A program made the translations under genes and the position numbers. This document shows, in pieces, positions 16,926 to 27,113 of a stretch of 64,000 nt of DNA. Below the pieces are notes generated by a model, which saw only the letters and a list, made by a program, of their open reading frames with translations, was not told the origin of the DNA and searched no databases. This DNA is from Rhodospirillales bacterium (lineage in GTDB: Bacteria; Pseudomonadota; Alphaproteobacteria; Rhodospirillales; Casp-alpha2). The DNA is taken from contig OZ244953.1 in assembly GCA_965222355.1 (NCBI GenBank), positions 4,230,714 to 4,294,713 of the forward strand, read 5' to 3'. Position 1 is the first letter of the stretch. Every line of letters starts with the position of its first letter.

Positions 16926-17566
16926 ACCTCCCGGTTACGACCGAGGATCTGAAGGACATCGAGATCGGCACCGTGGTCTATCTGAACGGTGTCGTCTACA
17001 CGGCGCGCGAAGGCGTTTATAAAAAGGTGATCGAGGACGGCGAACAGCTCCCCGCGCACCTGCACGAAACGTCCAACGCCAACTTCCACTGCTCGCCCGC
17101 CGCGACACGTAACGCGGACGGGACGTACAACGTCGGTGCGATGACGGGCACCGCATCGTTCCGGTTCTCGAAATGGCTGGAAGACTGGTTCCGCATCTCG
17201 AAGGCCAAGATCATCATCGGCAAGGGCGGTATGTCGTCGGCGGACTACAAAAAATACTTCGTCCCCAACGGTGCGATCTACCTGACCACGGTCGGTTATG
17301 GCACCGGTGCGTTACTGGGCCGGGGGATCAAGGGCATCAGGGATGTTCACTGGTTCGACGAACTGGGTGTCGCACAGGCCATGTGGATGGTCGAGGTCGA
17401 GAACTTCGGCCCGTTCATTGCCGACAGCGACCTTGAAGGGAATTCCCTGTTCGAACGTGAGAACGCGAAAATCCGCGAGGGTGTCGACAAGCTCTATGAA
17501 GGGACGAAGGAACCGGCGCTGCATCGTTACGGCGAGAGCAATAACCGCGGCGACGAGGTGATCTGA
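16886..17566 (+). CDS. Fe-S hydro-lyase beta subunit (TtdB / fumarase C-terminal family)
   Basis: LPVTTEDLKDIEIGTVVYLNGVVYTARE, FHCSPA, GTASFRFSK, IIGKGGM, ELGVAQAMW.VEVENFGPFI. Confidence 0.8.
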   Translation: MGTGSGKLKTVSLNLPVTTEDLKDIEIGTVVYLNGVVYTAREGVYKKVIEDGEQLPAHLHETSNANFHCSPAATRNADGTYNVGAMTGTASFRFSKWLEDWFRISKAKIIIGKGGMSSADYKKYFVPNGAIYLTTVGYGTGALLGRGIKGIRDVHWFDELGVAQAMWMVEVENFGPFIADSDLEGNSLFERENAKIREGVDKLYEGTKEPALHRYGESNNRGDEVI

Positions 17567-17587
17567 AGACCGCGTTACTTCTCCATC

Positions 17588-17660
17588 GTCATCCCCGCGA
17601 ACGCGGGGATCCAGGGCAACCGATCGGCAATTGCTGGGTTCCCGCGTTCGCGGGAATGAC
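17588..17660. repeat. Family A REP-like full palindromic element
   Basis: GTCATCCCCGCGAACGCGGGGATCCA...TGGGTTCCCGCGTTCGCGGGAATGAC. Confidence 0.9.
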
Positions 17661-17671
17661 AAGGTTGTTTT

Positions 17672-18295
17672 TCAATACTCCCGGCCCGGGCGGGCTTTAT
17701 AGCTGGGCAGCGACAGCGCCTTGGCGATGCCGAACGCGCGCAGGATAAAGCCGGCGGCAAAGCCCGCGCATGCCGAGATTTCGAACGGCAGCTCCGCCAG
17801 CGTCAGCACCACGTGCACCGTCGCCGCCAGCGCGGCGCAGGTTGCATAGACCTCTTTTTTCAGGATCAGGGGCGTTTCGCCGCAGATCACATCCCTGAGC
17901 AGCCCCCCAAATGTCGCCGTCATCATCCCCATCACGATGGCGACGAGCGGCCCCGCGCCCGACAACAGCGCCAGTTCCGCGCCCATGACCCCGTATAGTG
18001 CAATCCCGAGGGCATCCGCCCATAACAAGACCGGATAGCGGCGCTGAACCTTGTGCGCGGTGAAGAAGACCAGGAGCGCGATCGCAAGACATATCCAGAT
18101 CGCCCGGGGATCCGAAATCCAGAATACCGGACGATCCAGCAACAGATCGCGCAACGTACCACCACCAACGCCCGTCAGGCTGGCCATCAGCCCGAAACCG
18201 ATCAGGTCCATCTCTTTCCGGCTCGCAACCAGCGCGCCAGACGCCGCGAAGACGATCACGCCCATGATGTCGAGTACGATAATAAGTGTGTGCAT
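17672..18295 (-). CDS. UPF0126/YadS trimeric intracellular cation channel family membrane protein
   Basis: FAASGAL, GVGGGTLRDLLL, DALGIA, ATFGGLLRDVI, KEVYAT. Confidence 0.9.
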   Translation of the reverse strand: MHTLIIVLDIMGVIVFAASGALVASRKEMDLIGFGLMASLTGVGGGTLRDLLLDRPVFWISDPRAIWICLAIALLVFFTAHKVQRRYPVLLWADALGIALYGVMGAELALLSGAGPLVAIVMGMMTATFGGLLRDVICGETPLILKKEVYATCAALAATVHVVLTLAELPFEISACAGFAAGFILRAFGIAKALSLPSYKARPGREY

Positions 18296-18397
18296 ATGTC
18301 CCGGCGCCCCCGAACGTCAGCCTGAATTCAATTCGGGATTCATCATACCCGTGAAATCGTTGCCGGTCTTTATGCGTCCCGAAACAAGCCCCCGAGG

Positions 18398-19492
18398 CTA
18401 TTCCCGGCGTTCATGCGCGAACTTGATGAGCGCACCCAGACGATAGACGGCGTGCGCCATCTTCCCATAAGGGAACGTCACGAACATCGCCAGCACGATC
18501 CCAAGATGCACGGCCAAGAGCGTGCCCATCGCCGCGGTCTCACGCAGCGCCAGAAGCGCAAGTCCGGTGATACCGGTCAAGATCAGCAGCCACAAAAAGG
18601 CGATGTCCATCCCCGTCCTTTTCGTGTCCTGGGGGGCGGTGTCGGCGGTCTTTTTCATCATCAACAGGCCGATCGGCCCGATCACGATGCCGATGCCGCC
18701 CACCGTCCCCAATATCACGGGGATCGAGAAGTAGTCATAAGGCGCTTCCCAGCCGAACACATAGTGATAGACCGTCGCCACGCTGGTCGCGGCGAAGCAC
18801 AGAATAAAGCCCCACATGGTCATCTGGTGGGCGTGCCTGCGGCCCATCGAGAAATTGTCGTTGGGATAGTTACAGCCGTGCCCACCACCGGCCATATATT
18901 TCATCTGACCGGCGTCCTTGAACGCCTGGATCAACGCCGAGGGATTTAACAGCTCGCCCGGTTTCCCGCCGATGTCGCGCCAGAATTTGACGAGCCCGAC
19001 GATAAACGCGACGCCCGCGAATAAAAATGGCGCGGAGGCCAGATAAACGATCACATCATGCGGGATCACCTGATAGAACGCGCCCGTCCCCGTGTGCACC
19101 CCCGTGACCACGTCGGCCCCTTGCACGACAAAGACGCCCACCGTCACCGCGATGGTCAGAACTAAAGTGATCAGGGCGATCCATTTGGCATTGCCCTCGA
19201 ACAACCCCTTGAACATGCCGGGCCAGGCGTAATCACGATAGGTCTCGCCACGCAATTCGGCGAACGCCTTCGGGACGTTGACCATGAACTCGTGAGGTGG
19301 GGTGTACTGACACGCGTAATAGCAGCCCTGGCAGCCATGGCAGAGGTTTGCCAGATACGTCACGTCGCCGTCCGAAAACGTCAGACGTTTGTTCATCGCC
19401 GGGAACACGGCGCAATAACCTTCGCAGTATCTACACGCGTTGCAGATCTGCATGACGCGTTTGGCTTCTTTCAAAGTCTCAGTTGCGGGCAT
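18398..19492 (-). CDS. tcuB: Tricarballylate utilization 4Fe-4S membrane protein
   Basis: ICNACRYCEGYCAVFPAM, LANLCHGCQGCYYACQY.PPHEF.VNVP, transmembrane C-terminal half with YGKMAH. Confidence 0.85.
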   Translation of the reverse strand: MPATETLKEAKRVMQICNACRYCEGYCAVFPAMNKRLTFSDGDVTYLANLCHGCQGCYYACQYTPPHEFMVNVPKAFAELRGETYRDYAWPGMFKGLFEGNAKWIALITLVLTIAVTVGVFVVQGADVVTGVHTGTGAFYQVIPHDVIVYLASAPFLFAGVAFIVGLVKFWRDIGGKPGELLNPSALIQAFKDAGQMKYMAGGGHGCNYPNDNFSMGRRHAHQMTMWGFILCFAATSVATVYHYVFGWEAPYDYFSIPVILGTVGGIGIVIGPIGLLMMKKTADTAPQDTKRTGMDIAFLWLLILTGITGLALLALRETAAMGTLLAVHLGIVLAMFVTFPYGKMAHAVYRLGALIKFAHERRE

Positions 19493-20882
19493 GACGCGCG
19501 GCCTCCTCGCCTGCGATGCGGCCGAACACGTTGCCGATCGCCATTCCGGTGCCACCGGCATAGCCTTGACCGAGAATATTCCCGGCCATGATCTCGCCCG
19601 CCGCCCAGATGTTCTCGGCGGGCTTGCCGTCATTCATGAAGACTTGGGCCTGACGGTTCACCTCAAGGCCCAGATACGTAAACGTGATCCCCATCCGGAC
19701 CGGGTATCCGTAATAAGGGGGCGTGTCGATCTTGCGGGCCCAGTTGGATTTCTTGGGCTCCACACCCTCCGTGTGGCAGCCGTCCGGCTCGGTCGCGTTG
19801 AATTCGCCCGGGATGACGGCGCTGTTAAAGTCTTCGATGGTCTTTTCCATGGTTTCGGCGTCGACACCCAACTGTTCGGCGAGACCGGATAATGTGTCTG
19901 ACTGGAACGGCTCATAAACCGTCGGCATGAACAGGCCCATCGATTTGCTGTCGATGACCGCATAGGCGACCTGATCGGGTTGTTTCGCGACAAGCCGCCC
20001 CCAGATCGCATAGCGCTTGGGCCAGATATCCTCGCCCTCGTCATAGAACCGCTCACCGTTCTTGTTCACGACGACCGAGAAGATCACGCAGTCGATCCGC
20101 GTCGAAATCCCGCCGTCGAACTTGGGGGCGCGGCCGTCGATGGCGACGGCGTGGCACTGGTCGGGCGCGCCGATCGGCTTGGCGCCGTTATCGAGCATCG
20201 ATCTGAGCACTTTCCCCGTGTTCATCGGCGAGCCGCGCACGAGAAAGTTATCGGCGATCTCGCCCCAGCCTTCCTTCAGCCATTCGATGTTCGCTTCGAA
20301 CCCGCCCGACGCGAGTACGACGGTCCGGGCTTCGACCCGGTGCAGTTCGCCCCCTTGGCGCACCATTGCGGCGGTGAAACGCGCGCCATCCATCTCGATC
20401 TTTTCGACTTCGGCTTCGTAAACGATGTCGATCCCGGCTTTCTCGGCCGCCTTGAAATAGGCGTTCATCATGCCCTTGCCGCCACCCAGAAAAAACGCGT
20501 TGGTGCGCGCAAGCCCGAGCGTTCCCGATAACGGCGGCTGGAACTTGATGCCCTGAGAAAGCATCCAGTCGACGCAATCATCCGACGCGTCGATCATGAA
20601 GCGCATCAGGTCTTCGTTGGTGTTCCCATCCGTGACCCGCATCAAATCCTTGAAATATTCATCGGCATCGTAGCGCCCGGTGACGTAGTCCGTCGCCGCA
20701 TTGTGGCTGTAGCGGATGTTGCGGACATGCCGGCTGTTGCCGCCGCGCAAATCCTTGTTGGCGCTCTCGATCATCAGCACCGAGGCGCCCCTGGCCCGGG
20801 CCGTCAAAGCCGCTGACATGGCCGCATTCCCGGCCCCGAGAACGAGCACATCGTGCGGTCGGGTAAACTCTTCTGGCGGCAA
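19479..20882 (-). CDS. tcuA: FAD-dependent tricarballylate dehydrogenase (TcuA/CobZ-N family)
   Basis: DVLVLGAGNAAMSAA, GGNSRHVRN, TNAFFLGGGK, HAVAIDGRAPKFDGGI.TRID, DIWPKRYAIWGRL, GITFTYLG; likely TTG start at 20882 after a GGAG RBS. Confidence 0.85.
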   Translation of the reverse strand: MPPEEFTRPHDVLVLGAGNAAMSAALTARARGASVLMIESANKDLRGGNSRHVRNIRYSHNAATDYVTGRYDADEYFKDLMRVTDGNTNEDLMRFMIDASDDCVDWMLSQGIKFQPPLSGTLGLARTNAFFLGGGKGMMNAYFKAAEKAGIDIVYEAEVEKIEMDGARFTAAMVRQGGELHRVEARTVVLASGGFEANIEWLKEGWGEIADNFLVRGSPMNTGKVLRSMLDNGAKPIGAPDQCHAVAIDGRAPKFDGGISTRIDCVIFSVVVNKNGERFYDEGEDIWPKRYAIWGRLVAKQPDQVAYAVIDSKSMGLFMPTVYEPFQSDTLSGLAEQLGVDAETMEKTIEDFNSAVIPGEFNATEPDGCHTEGVEPKKSNWARKIDTPPYYGYPVRMGITFTYLGLEVNRQAQVFMNDGKPAENIWAAGEIMAGNILGQGYAGGTGMAIGNVFGRIAGEEAARHARN

Positions 20883-20997
20883 AACGTAACTCCGTGGCCG
20901 GACCGGCCGATTTGAATAGACAGTGACAGCAAACATAGCCGCCGATAGCATACGCTTCAAAATAAATAAGCCGAGTGGGACATTTAGGGAGCCATCC

Positions 20998-21771
20998 ATG
21001 AGCACCGCCACCGAATTCAAGCAGAAAATCAGCGATGCGGAGTGGCAGACGCGGGTCGATCTGGCCGCGTGTTTCCGCCTCGTGCACATGTACGGCTGGT
21101 CGGACCTGCTGGCGACCCACCTGTCGGCACGCGTTCCCGACGCCGACGACCAGTTCCTGATCAATCCGTTCGGATTGATGTTCGAGGAAATGACCGCATC
21201 CTCGCTCGTCAAGGTGGACGAGGACGGGAACGAGCTATCCCCCTCGGAATTGGGGATCAACCCCGCCGGGTTCGTCATTCATTCGGCGGTGCATATGGCG
21301 AGGCCCGAAGTCGCCTGCGTCATCCACACCCACACACAGGCGGGTGTGGGGGTCGCAACGCAGAAGAACGGGCTTCTTCCCCTCACCCAGCAGGCGCTGG
21401 CCGTCATCGCGCACACCGGCTATCACGATTACGAAGGGATTGCCTTCGACCTTTCCGAGCGCGACCGCCTCGCCCGCGATCTTAAAGACAACAAGGTGCT
21501 GATTTTAAGGAATCACGGCTTGCTGACGGTGGGGAATACAGTCGCCGAAGCCTTCATGTGGATGTACCGGGCCGAACGGGCGTGCCGGTTCCAGCTCAAG
21601 TTCCAGCAGGCGGGTGTCGCGCCGACGGAAATCTCGGAAGAGATGCAGCAGGTCACCATCGAGCGGAACAGGAAAGCGAATTCGAAAGACGGCTATCGCC
21701 CGATCGGCGTCAACGAATGGCCGGCGCTTTTACGGAAGCTCGATCGGGAAAACCCGGGTTACGACGTTTAA
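20998..21771 (+). CDS. Class II aldolase/adducin family protein
   Basis: RVDLAACFRL, THLSARVP, INPAGFVIHSAVH, HTHT, LRNHGLLT. Confidence 0.9.
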   Translation: MSTATEFKQKISDAEWQTRVDLAACFRLVHMYGWSDLLATHLSARVPDADDQFLINPFGLMFEEMTASSLVKVDEDGNELSPSELGINPAGFVIHSAVHMARPEVACVIHTHTQAGVGVATQKNGLLPLTQQALAVIAHTGYHDYEGIAFDLSERDRLARDLKDNKVLILRNHGLLTVGNTVAEAFMWMYRAERACRFQLKFQQAGVAPTEISEEMQQVTIERNRKANSKDGYRPIGVNEWPALLRKLDRENPGYDV

Positions 21772-21781
21772 AGACGATTGC

Positions 21782-21874
21782 CCCCTCACCCGGCGCTGCG
21801 CGCCACCCTCTCCCGAGGGAGAGGGGTGTTTCGTCGGGGTCCCTTCTCCCTTGGGAGAAGGACAGGATGAGGGG
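21782..21874. repeat. Family B palindromic intergenic element
   Basis: CCCCTCACCCGGCGC...CCCTCTCCCGAGGGAGAGGG...GGATGAGGGG, between convergent genes. Confidence 0.9.
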
Positions 21875-21881
21875 CAGCAAT

Positions 21882-22460
21882 CTATTCGAAAGCCGGTTCG
21901 ACGCCGGACGGCAGGCCAACCTCGAACGCGTTCAGAATGTGCGAAATCGTGGCGTAGTACCCGGCAAGGAACACCAGTTCCGTAACCCCCTGCTCGCCCA
22001 ATAGATCGAGCGCCTTTTTATAAAGATCGTCCGAAACCCGGTTCTTCGACTGAAGATCGGACACGAATTGATAGACCGTCGCTTCCGCCGGGTCGGCAGG
22101 GATTTCGCCCGCCATCACGGCATCGATGGTTTCTTGGGAGAGCCCCTCTTTTTTACCCACGTTGACATGCGCCCACCATTCGTATTCGGCCTCAAAATGA
22201 CGGCCGACGGTGATGATCGCAAGCTCGCGGAGTGTCGCCGGAATAATCGTCTCGTATCTCAGCTTACCGCCTAACTGCTGCAGAAGATTGCCCATTTCGG
22301 GGGAATACAGCATGGCGTTGAAGGGACCGCGAAGCGCCCCCTCCTCGTTCAGCATTTCCGCCGGATTTCCCTTGGCGCGGGGGCCGCCGGTAATGCCGTC
22401 GAACACCAGTTTCTGCGCTTCGCTCATCGTGTCCGCGGGGACGGGGCCTAGTCTGCTCAT
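21882..22460 (-). CDS. Carboxymuconolactone decarboxylase/AhpD-like protein
   Basis: GPFNAMLYSP, LRELAII, YEWWAHV..G...GLS; no CxxC. Confidence 0.85.
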   Translation of the reverse strand: MSRLGPVPADTMSEAQKLVFDGITGGPRAKGNPAEMLNEEGALRGPFNAMLYSPEMGNLLQQLGGKLRYETIIPATLRELAIITVGRHFEAEYEWWAHVNVGKKEGLSQETIDAVMAGEIPADPAEATVYQFVSDLQSKNRVSDDLYKKALDLLGEQGVTELVFLAGYYATISHILNAFEVGLPSGVEPAFE

Positions 22461-23599
22461 TTCTCACCTGCCGCTTTCTTGACGTTCTCCGGATTGGGCG
22501 GGTTGCCCGGCACCGGTTCGCCGGCCATCGCCGGATGCGAGCGCTGGTACTGCGGCGGGAAAGCCGCATGCGCGCGCAGCGTTTCCGCCGCGTGCCACGC
22601 CCAGCGCGGATCGTAGAGCATCCCCCTGGCCAGCGCCACCATGTCCGCCTGCCCCGTCTTGACGATGTGTTCGGCCTGGATCGGGTCGGTGATCTTGCCC
22701 ACCGCCATCGTCGCGAGACCGGTTTCGCGGCGGATATCGGCGGCGAAGTGGGTCTGGTAACCGGGCCCGACGGGAATCTGCTGATGGGGTGAGTTGCCCC
22801 CCGACGACACATCGATGAAGTCGCAGTCGCGCTTCTTCAGTTCCTTCGCATAGGCGATGCTGCCGGTTAAATCCCATCCCCCCTCGACCCAGTCGGTCGC
22901 GGAAATACGCACACCCATCGGGATATCGTCAGGAACGACCGCCCGGACCGCATCGAAGACCTCGAGGGGGAATTTCATCCGGCCCTCTAAAGATCCCCCG
23001 TACGCGTCGTTACGGCGGTTGGAGATCGGCGACAGGAACTGATGCATCAGATAGCCGTGCGCGTTGTGGATTTCGATGCATTTGAAACCGAGGCGGACGG
23101 AGCGTTTCGCGGCTTCGACGAAGCTGGTGCGGACCCGCTCCAGCGTTTCGTCGGTCATCGCTTCCGGGACGTGCCACCCATCGGCGTAGGGCTCGGCGGA
23201 CGGCCCAACCGTCTGCCAGGCGCCGTTACTCTGGTCGAGCGGCTTCCCCCCGTTCCACGGGACGTCGACGCTCGCCTTACGGCCGGCGTGCGCGAGCTGA
23301 ATACCGACGGGCGTATTTCCGTATGACGTCGCGAAGTCGAGGACGCGTTTGAGCGCGGCTTCGTTCTCGTCCGACCATAAACCGACGCAGCCTGGCGTGA
23401 TGCGGCCTTCGGGTTCGGTGCCCGTCGCTTCGACGAACAGCAGCCCGTTGCCGCCGACCGCGAACTGGCCCAGATGCATCAGGTGCCAGTCGTTGGCGTT
23501 GCCGTCATGGGCCGAATACTGGCACATCGGCGCAACGACGATGCGGTTGGGCATTTCCAGCCCGCGCAGGTTGATGGGCGTAAAAAGAACGCTGCTCAT
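22457..23599 (-). CDS. NADH:flavin oxidoreductase (old yellow enzyme, YqjM/NamA-like)
   Basis: NRIVVAPMCQYSA, GIQLAHAGRKAS, EIHNAHGYL.HQFLSP.SN.R.D.YGGS, RISATDW. Confidence 0.9.
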   Translation of the reverse strand: MSSVLFTPINLRGLEMPNRIVVAPMCQYSAHDGNANDWHLMHLGQFAVGGNGLLFVEATGTEPEGRITPGCVGLWSDENEAALKRVLDFATSYGNTPVGIQLAHAGRKASVDVPWNGGKPLDQSNGAWQTVGPSAEPYADGWHVPEAMTDETLERVRTSFVEAAKRSVRLGFKCIEIHNAHGYLMHQFLSPISNRRNDAYGGSLEGRMKFPLEVFDAVRAVVPDDIPMGVRISATDWVEGGWDLTGSIAYAKELKKRDCDFIDVSSGGNSPHQQIPVGPGYQTHFAADIRRETGLATMAVGKITDPIQAEHIVKTGQADMVALARGMLYDPRWAWHAAETLRAHAAFPPQYQRSHPAMAGEPVPGNPPNPENVKKAAGEK

Positions 23600-23702
23600 G
23601 TGATCCCCCCGGGAATTGACGTCTAGGTGTGCTGCCTTAATGTTGGCATGCAGCACCCACCCGTCAATACGCTCTGCGCGCCCCCGGGACGATCATTGAG
23701 CT

Positions 23703-25268
23703 TCAAGCGGCTTTGGACTTGCCGACGGCGGCCGTCTGTTCGTTGGCGGCGGGCGGCAGGACCGGCTGGCCATTGGCCGCGCGTTCCTCGATCAGGGCCT
23801 TATGGAGGACCTTCACCGCGTCGTCATAGCTTTCGTCGGCGAAGATGAACTGGATGTCGACGCCCCGGCCCGATGCATGGGTCGCCAGCAGGTCGAGATT
23901 GCTCTCACTGATGGCGGCGACCGCATCGCCGATGATCGCCTTGTCGCGCATGTTGGCGCCGATGGCGGATACGATATCGACCTTCCGGGTCTGGATGACC
24001 GCTTCCGGCTGACGCTTCTGGATCACCTCGATGACGCGGCGCACCTGTTTCAAAGGTGCCTCGACATAAAACGTCATGGTGTTAGCGTTGAGGCTCCAGC
24101 TCACCAGTGGCAGCTTGAAGCGGCGGAAAGCCGCGACAGCTTCCTCGCCGGCACCCGGAATGCCGACCATATCCTGATCGAAAACCTCGACCTCGATGGC
24201 ATTCTCAAGCCCGGTGACGATCTCGATGCGCGGATCGTCCGGCACCCAATCCTCGTCGATGACGGTGCCCGGGTGATCGGGCTCGAAGGTGTTGACGATG
24301 CGGAGCGGGATCCCCTTCTGACGCAGGCCCTTGGCGGCGCGCGGGTGGATCGCCTCCATACCCATGTTCGACAGCTGGTCGGCGACATCGTAATTGGTGC
24401 GGCCGATCGGCTGTACCTTGTCGATACCGACGATCTTCGGATCCGCGCTGGATAAATGGAATTCCTTGTGGATCACCGCTTCGCGGGCGCCGGTGACGCA
24501 TGCGACGGCGGAGAACGTCACTTCCGAGTAGCCGCGCCCGAACACCCCCATAAGACCATCGCCCGCCTGGGTGTAACCGGTCACGATCGGCAGTGTCTTG
24601 GAAACGTCGATATCCGCGAAGCCTTCGCCGATGCGATCTTCGAGGCTCATGCTCTCGCTTTCGCGCCAGCCGGACAGGTCGACGAATTCCGCTTCAACGC
24701 CGCGGCGGCGCAACAGCAACATGGTATTGTGCGCGCTGTGCGCTTCGCCGATGCCGCTGATCATTTCACGCACGGTCATCAGGTGTTCTTCGAGTTTGAA
24801 GTGCCCGTAACCGCAGATGCGCTGCAGATCAATCAGGCAGTTGCGCACGCCCTCGACCCGCTCCTGCACGAAGCGGTCGGCGAGTTTGCGGTCCGACTCG
24901 TCGTCGAACGCATCGGCGTTGATCTCGAGCATGTGGTTGAGCACCTTCGACAGCGCATCGCCCCACGCCCAATCGTTGTCGGACCCGGCATAGAGTGCGT
25001 AGACACCCGGCTCGCCGGTCTTCTTGTTTTCGAGCAGCATATCGGTGATGCCGCCGTAAGCCGAGACGACGAAGATCCGGTTATAAAGGTCGTCGCCGCT
25101 GCGCCCACCGATCAGAATGTTGTCGAATACCGACTGGATATCCGACATCGATGTGCCGCCGATCTTGTGAACGGTGTGCGTGTTCACAGCTTTATCCTCC
25201 CCGGAAACCTGGGGCTCGGCTTGTTTACTGTCGGTCATGGAACTGTTTCCTTCTGGCGGCGCCGTCAC
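23703..25268 (-). CDS. ask: Ectoine-associated aspartate kinase
   Basis: [50 protein letters not shown]; directly downstream of ectC with ATGA overlap. Confidence 0.9.
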   Translation of the reverse strand: MTAPPEGNSSMTDSKQAEPQVSGEDKAVNTHTVHKIGGTSMSDIQSVFDNILIGGRSGDDLYNRIFVVSAYGGITDMLLENKKTGEPGVYALYAGSDNDWAWGDALSKVLNHMLEINADAFDDESDRKLADRFVQERVEGVRNCLIDLQRICGYGHFKLEEHLMTVREMISGIGEAHSAHNTMLLLRRRGVEAEFVDLSGWRESESMSLEDRIGEGFADIDVSKTLPIVTGYTQAGDGLMGVFGRGYSEVTFSAVACVTGAREAVIHKEFHLSSADPKIVGIDKVQPIGRTNYDVADQLSNMGMEAIHPRAAKGLRQKGIPLRIVNTFEPDHPGTVIDEDWVPDDPRIEIVTGLENAIEVEVFDQDMVGIPGAGEEAVAAFRRFKLPLVSWSLNANTMTFYVEAPLKQVRRVIEVIQKRQPEAVIQTRKVDIVSAIGANMRDKAIIGDAVAAISESNLDLLATHASGRGVDIQFIFADESYDDAVKVLHKALIEERAANGQPVLPPAANEQTAAVGKSKAA

Positions 25269-25669
25269 GCGTCGACGAGCGCTTCTTCGTTAAGTTTGTA
25301 GGCGCCATCCTCGTCATGGACTTCGCGGCCGTTGAGCGGCGGATTGAAGGCACAGGCCAGGTGCATGTCCTCGGTCCCGCCGCGCAGGATGTGCTGGTCG
25401 TTTTTATCGAGGATATAAACCGTACCCGGCTCGATCTTGTACACCTTCCCGTCGGCGACGGTTTCAACCTCGCCGTTACCCGACATGCAGTAGACGGTTT
25501 CGAGATGGTTCTTGTACCAGATCGGCGTCTCGGTCCCGGCGTAGATGGTGGTGATGTGGAACGAGAACCCCATCCCGTCATCGGCCAGCGACAGGCGGAC
25601 GCTCTGCCAGTTGTCGGTTTTGACTGTGCGCTTGGTGCCTTCGCATTCTTTGAGGGTGCGAACGATCAT
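25265..25669 (-). CDS. ectC: Ectoine synthase
   Basis: [61 protein letters not shown]. Confidence 0.97.
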   Translation of the reverse strand: MIVRTLKECEGTKRTVKTDNWQSVRLSLADDGMGFSFHITTIYAGTETPIWYKNHLETVYCMSGNGEVETVADGKVYKIEPGTVYILDKNDQHILRGGTEDMHLACAFNPPLNGREVHDEDGAYKLNEEALVDA

Positions 25670-25706
25670 TGTGACTTACCTCCAGGGTGTCTTGTATCAG
25701 GCTCGT

Positions 25707-26984
25707 TTACTCGGCGGCCGCGGGCGCTTTGGCGCCGGCGATCGCGGCGTCGAACGCCTGACCGAGAATGTCGAGGGCGCGTTTCAATTCGTCCTCGGTG
25801 ATGGTCAGCGATGCCAGGCACTTCACGACCTCGTCGTGTGCGCCGGACGTTTCGATCACGAGACCGCGCTTGAACGATTCGGCGACGATTTCGTCGGCGA
25901 GTTCACCCGACGTGACGACGATGCCCCGCATCATTCCACGTCCGCGCAACTCGACGACGTGCGAGCCGTGTTTCGACTGGATCGCTTCGAAGCCTTCGCG
26001 CAGCATCTCGCCCTTCTTGCGGACGGATTCGGCGAACTTGTCGTCCTTCCAGAACTTCTCAAGCGCGGCAGTCGCGGTTATGAAGGCGTGGTTGTTACCA
26101 CGGAACGTACCGTTGTGCTCACCCGGCTTCCAGGTGTCGAGCTTACGGTCGATCAACGTCACCGCAAACGGCAGGCCGAAACCGGAAAGCGATTTCGAAA
26201 GCGTCACGATGTCGGGCTTGATGCCGGCCGGCTCGAAGCTGAAGAACGTGCCGGTGCGACCGCAGCCGGCCTGGATATCATCAACGATCAGCAGGACGTC
26301 ATGCTTGCGGCATACTTTTTCGAGGTTCTGCAGCCATTCCATGCTGGCGGCGGTAAGACCGCCCTCGCCCTGCACGCACTCGACGATGACCGCAGCCGGA
26401 TGGTCGACGCCGCTCGACGGATCGCCGAGGGCTTTGTCGAGATACTTGGTGCTGTCGACGTTATGGCCGAGGTAGCCGTCATACGGCATGGGGGTGGTGC
26501 CGACCATATCGACACCGGCGGCGCCCCGGTGATGTTGGTTCCCGGTCGCGGCCAACGCGCCCATGCTGACACCGTGGAAGCCGTTGGTGAACGAGATGAT
26601 GTTGCTGCGTCCGGTCACTTTACGCGCCAGCTTCATCGCCGCTTCGACGGCGTTGGTGCCGGTCGGGCCGGTGAACTGAAGTACGTAGTCCATATCCCGC
26701 GGCTTGAGGATGATGTCCTCGAACGCGGTCAGGAACTTCTCTTTCGCGCGGGTATGCATATCCAGCCCATGCGTGATGCCGCCGGAATGGATGTACTCGA
26801 CCAGCGCATCGCGCATATCGGGATCGTTGTGGCCATAGTTCAGGCTGCCGGCCCCGGCCAGAAAGTCGATGTACTCCGTACCGTCTTCACTCGTCAGGAT
26901 CGCCCCCTGAGCCTTGTCGAAAGTGACAGGGAACGAGCGCGCATAGCTCTGAACCTGGGATTCGCGTCGTTCGAAAATAGACAT
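25707..26984 (-). CDS. ectB: Diaminobutyrate:2-oxoglutarate transaminase
   Basis: FERRESQVQSYARSFP, DFLAGAG.LNYGHN, QFTGPTGTNAVEAAMK, PGEHNGTFRGNN. Confidence 0.95.
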   Translation of the reverse strand: MSIFERRESQVQSYARSFPVTFDKAQGAILTSEDGTEYIDFLAGAGSLNYGHNDPDMRDALVEYIHSGGITHGLDMHTRAKEKFLTAFEDIILKPRDMDYVLQFTGPTGTNAVEAAMKLARKVTGRSNIISFTNGFHGVSMGALAATGNQHHRGAAGVDMVGTTPMPYDGYLGHNVDSTKYLDKALGDPSSGVDHPAAVIVECVQGEGGLTAASMEWLQNLEKVCRKHDVLLIVDDIQAGCGRTGTFFSFEPAGIKPDIVTLSKSLSGFGLPFAVTLIDRKLDTWKPGEHNGTFRGNNHAFITATAALEKFWKDDKFAESVRKKGEMLREGFEAIQSKHGSHVVELRGRGMMRGIVVTSGELADEIVAESFKRGLVIETSGAHDEVVKCLASLTITEDELKRALDILGQAFDAAIAGAKAPAAAE

Positions 26985-27113
26985 AATCTGTAGACCTCGC
27001 TTTTTGCTATCGTCTGTGAAAGTCGGTTGTCTCTAGGTTGTGCATCGCCGGGCCTCGCCCAGGGACGCCTTCTAAAGACAGAATTTGCGGAAAATTTGGC
27101 GTCGATCAGGCGA

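Noticed and set aside
19479-21278. 599-aa start for tcuA from the ORF track
   Set aside because: It would overlap the divergent aldolase gene. A GGAG-preceded TTG at 20882 lies just before the FAD-binding motif.
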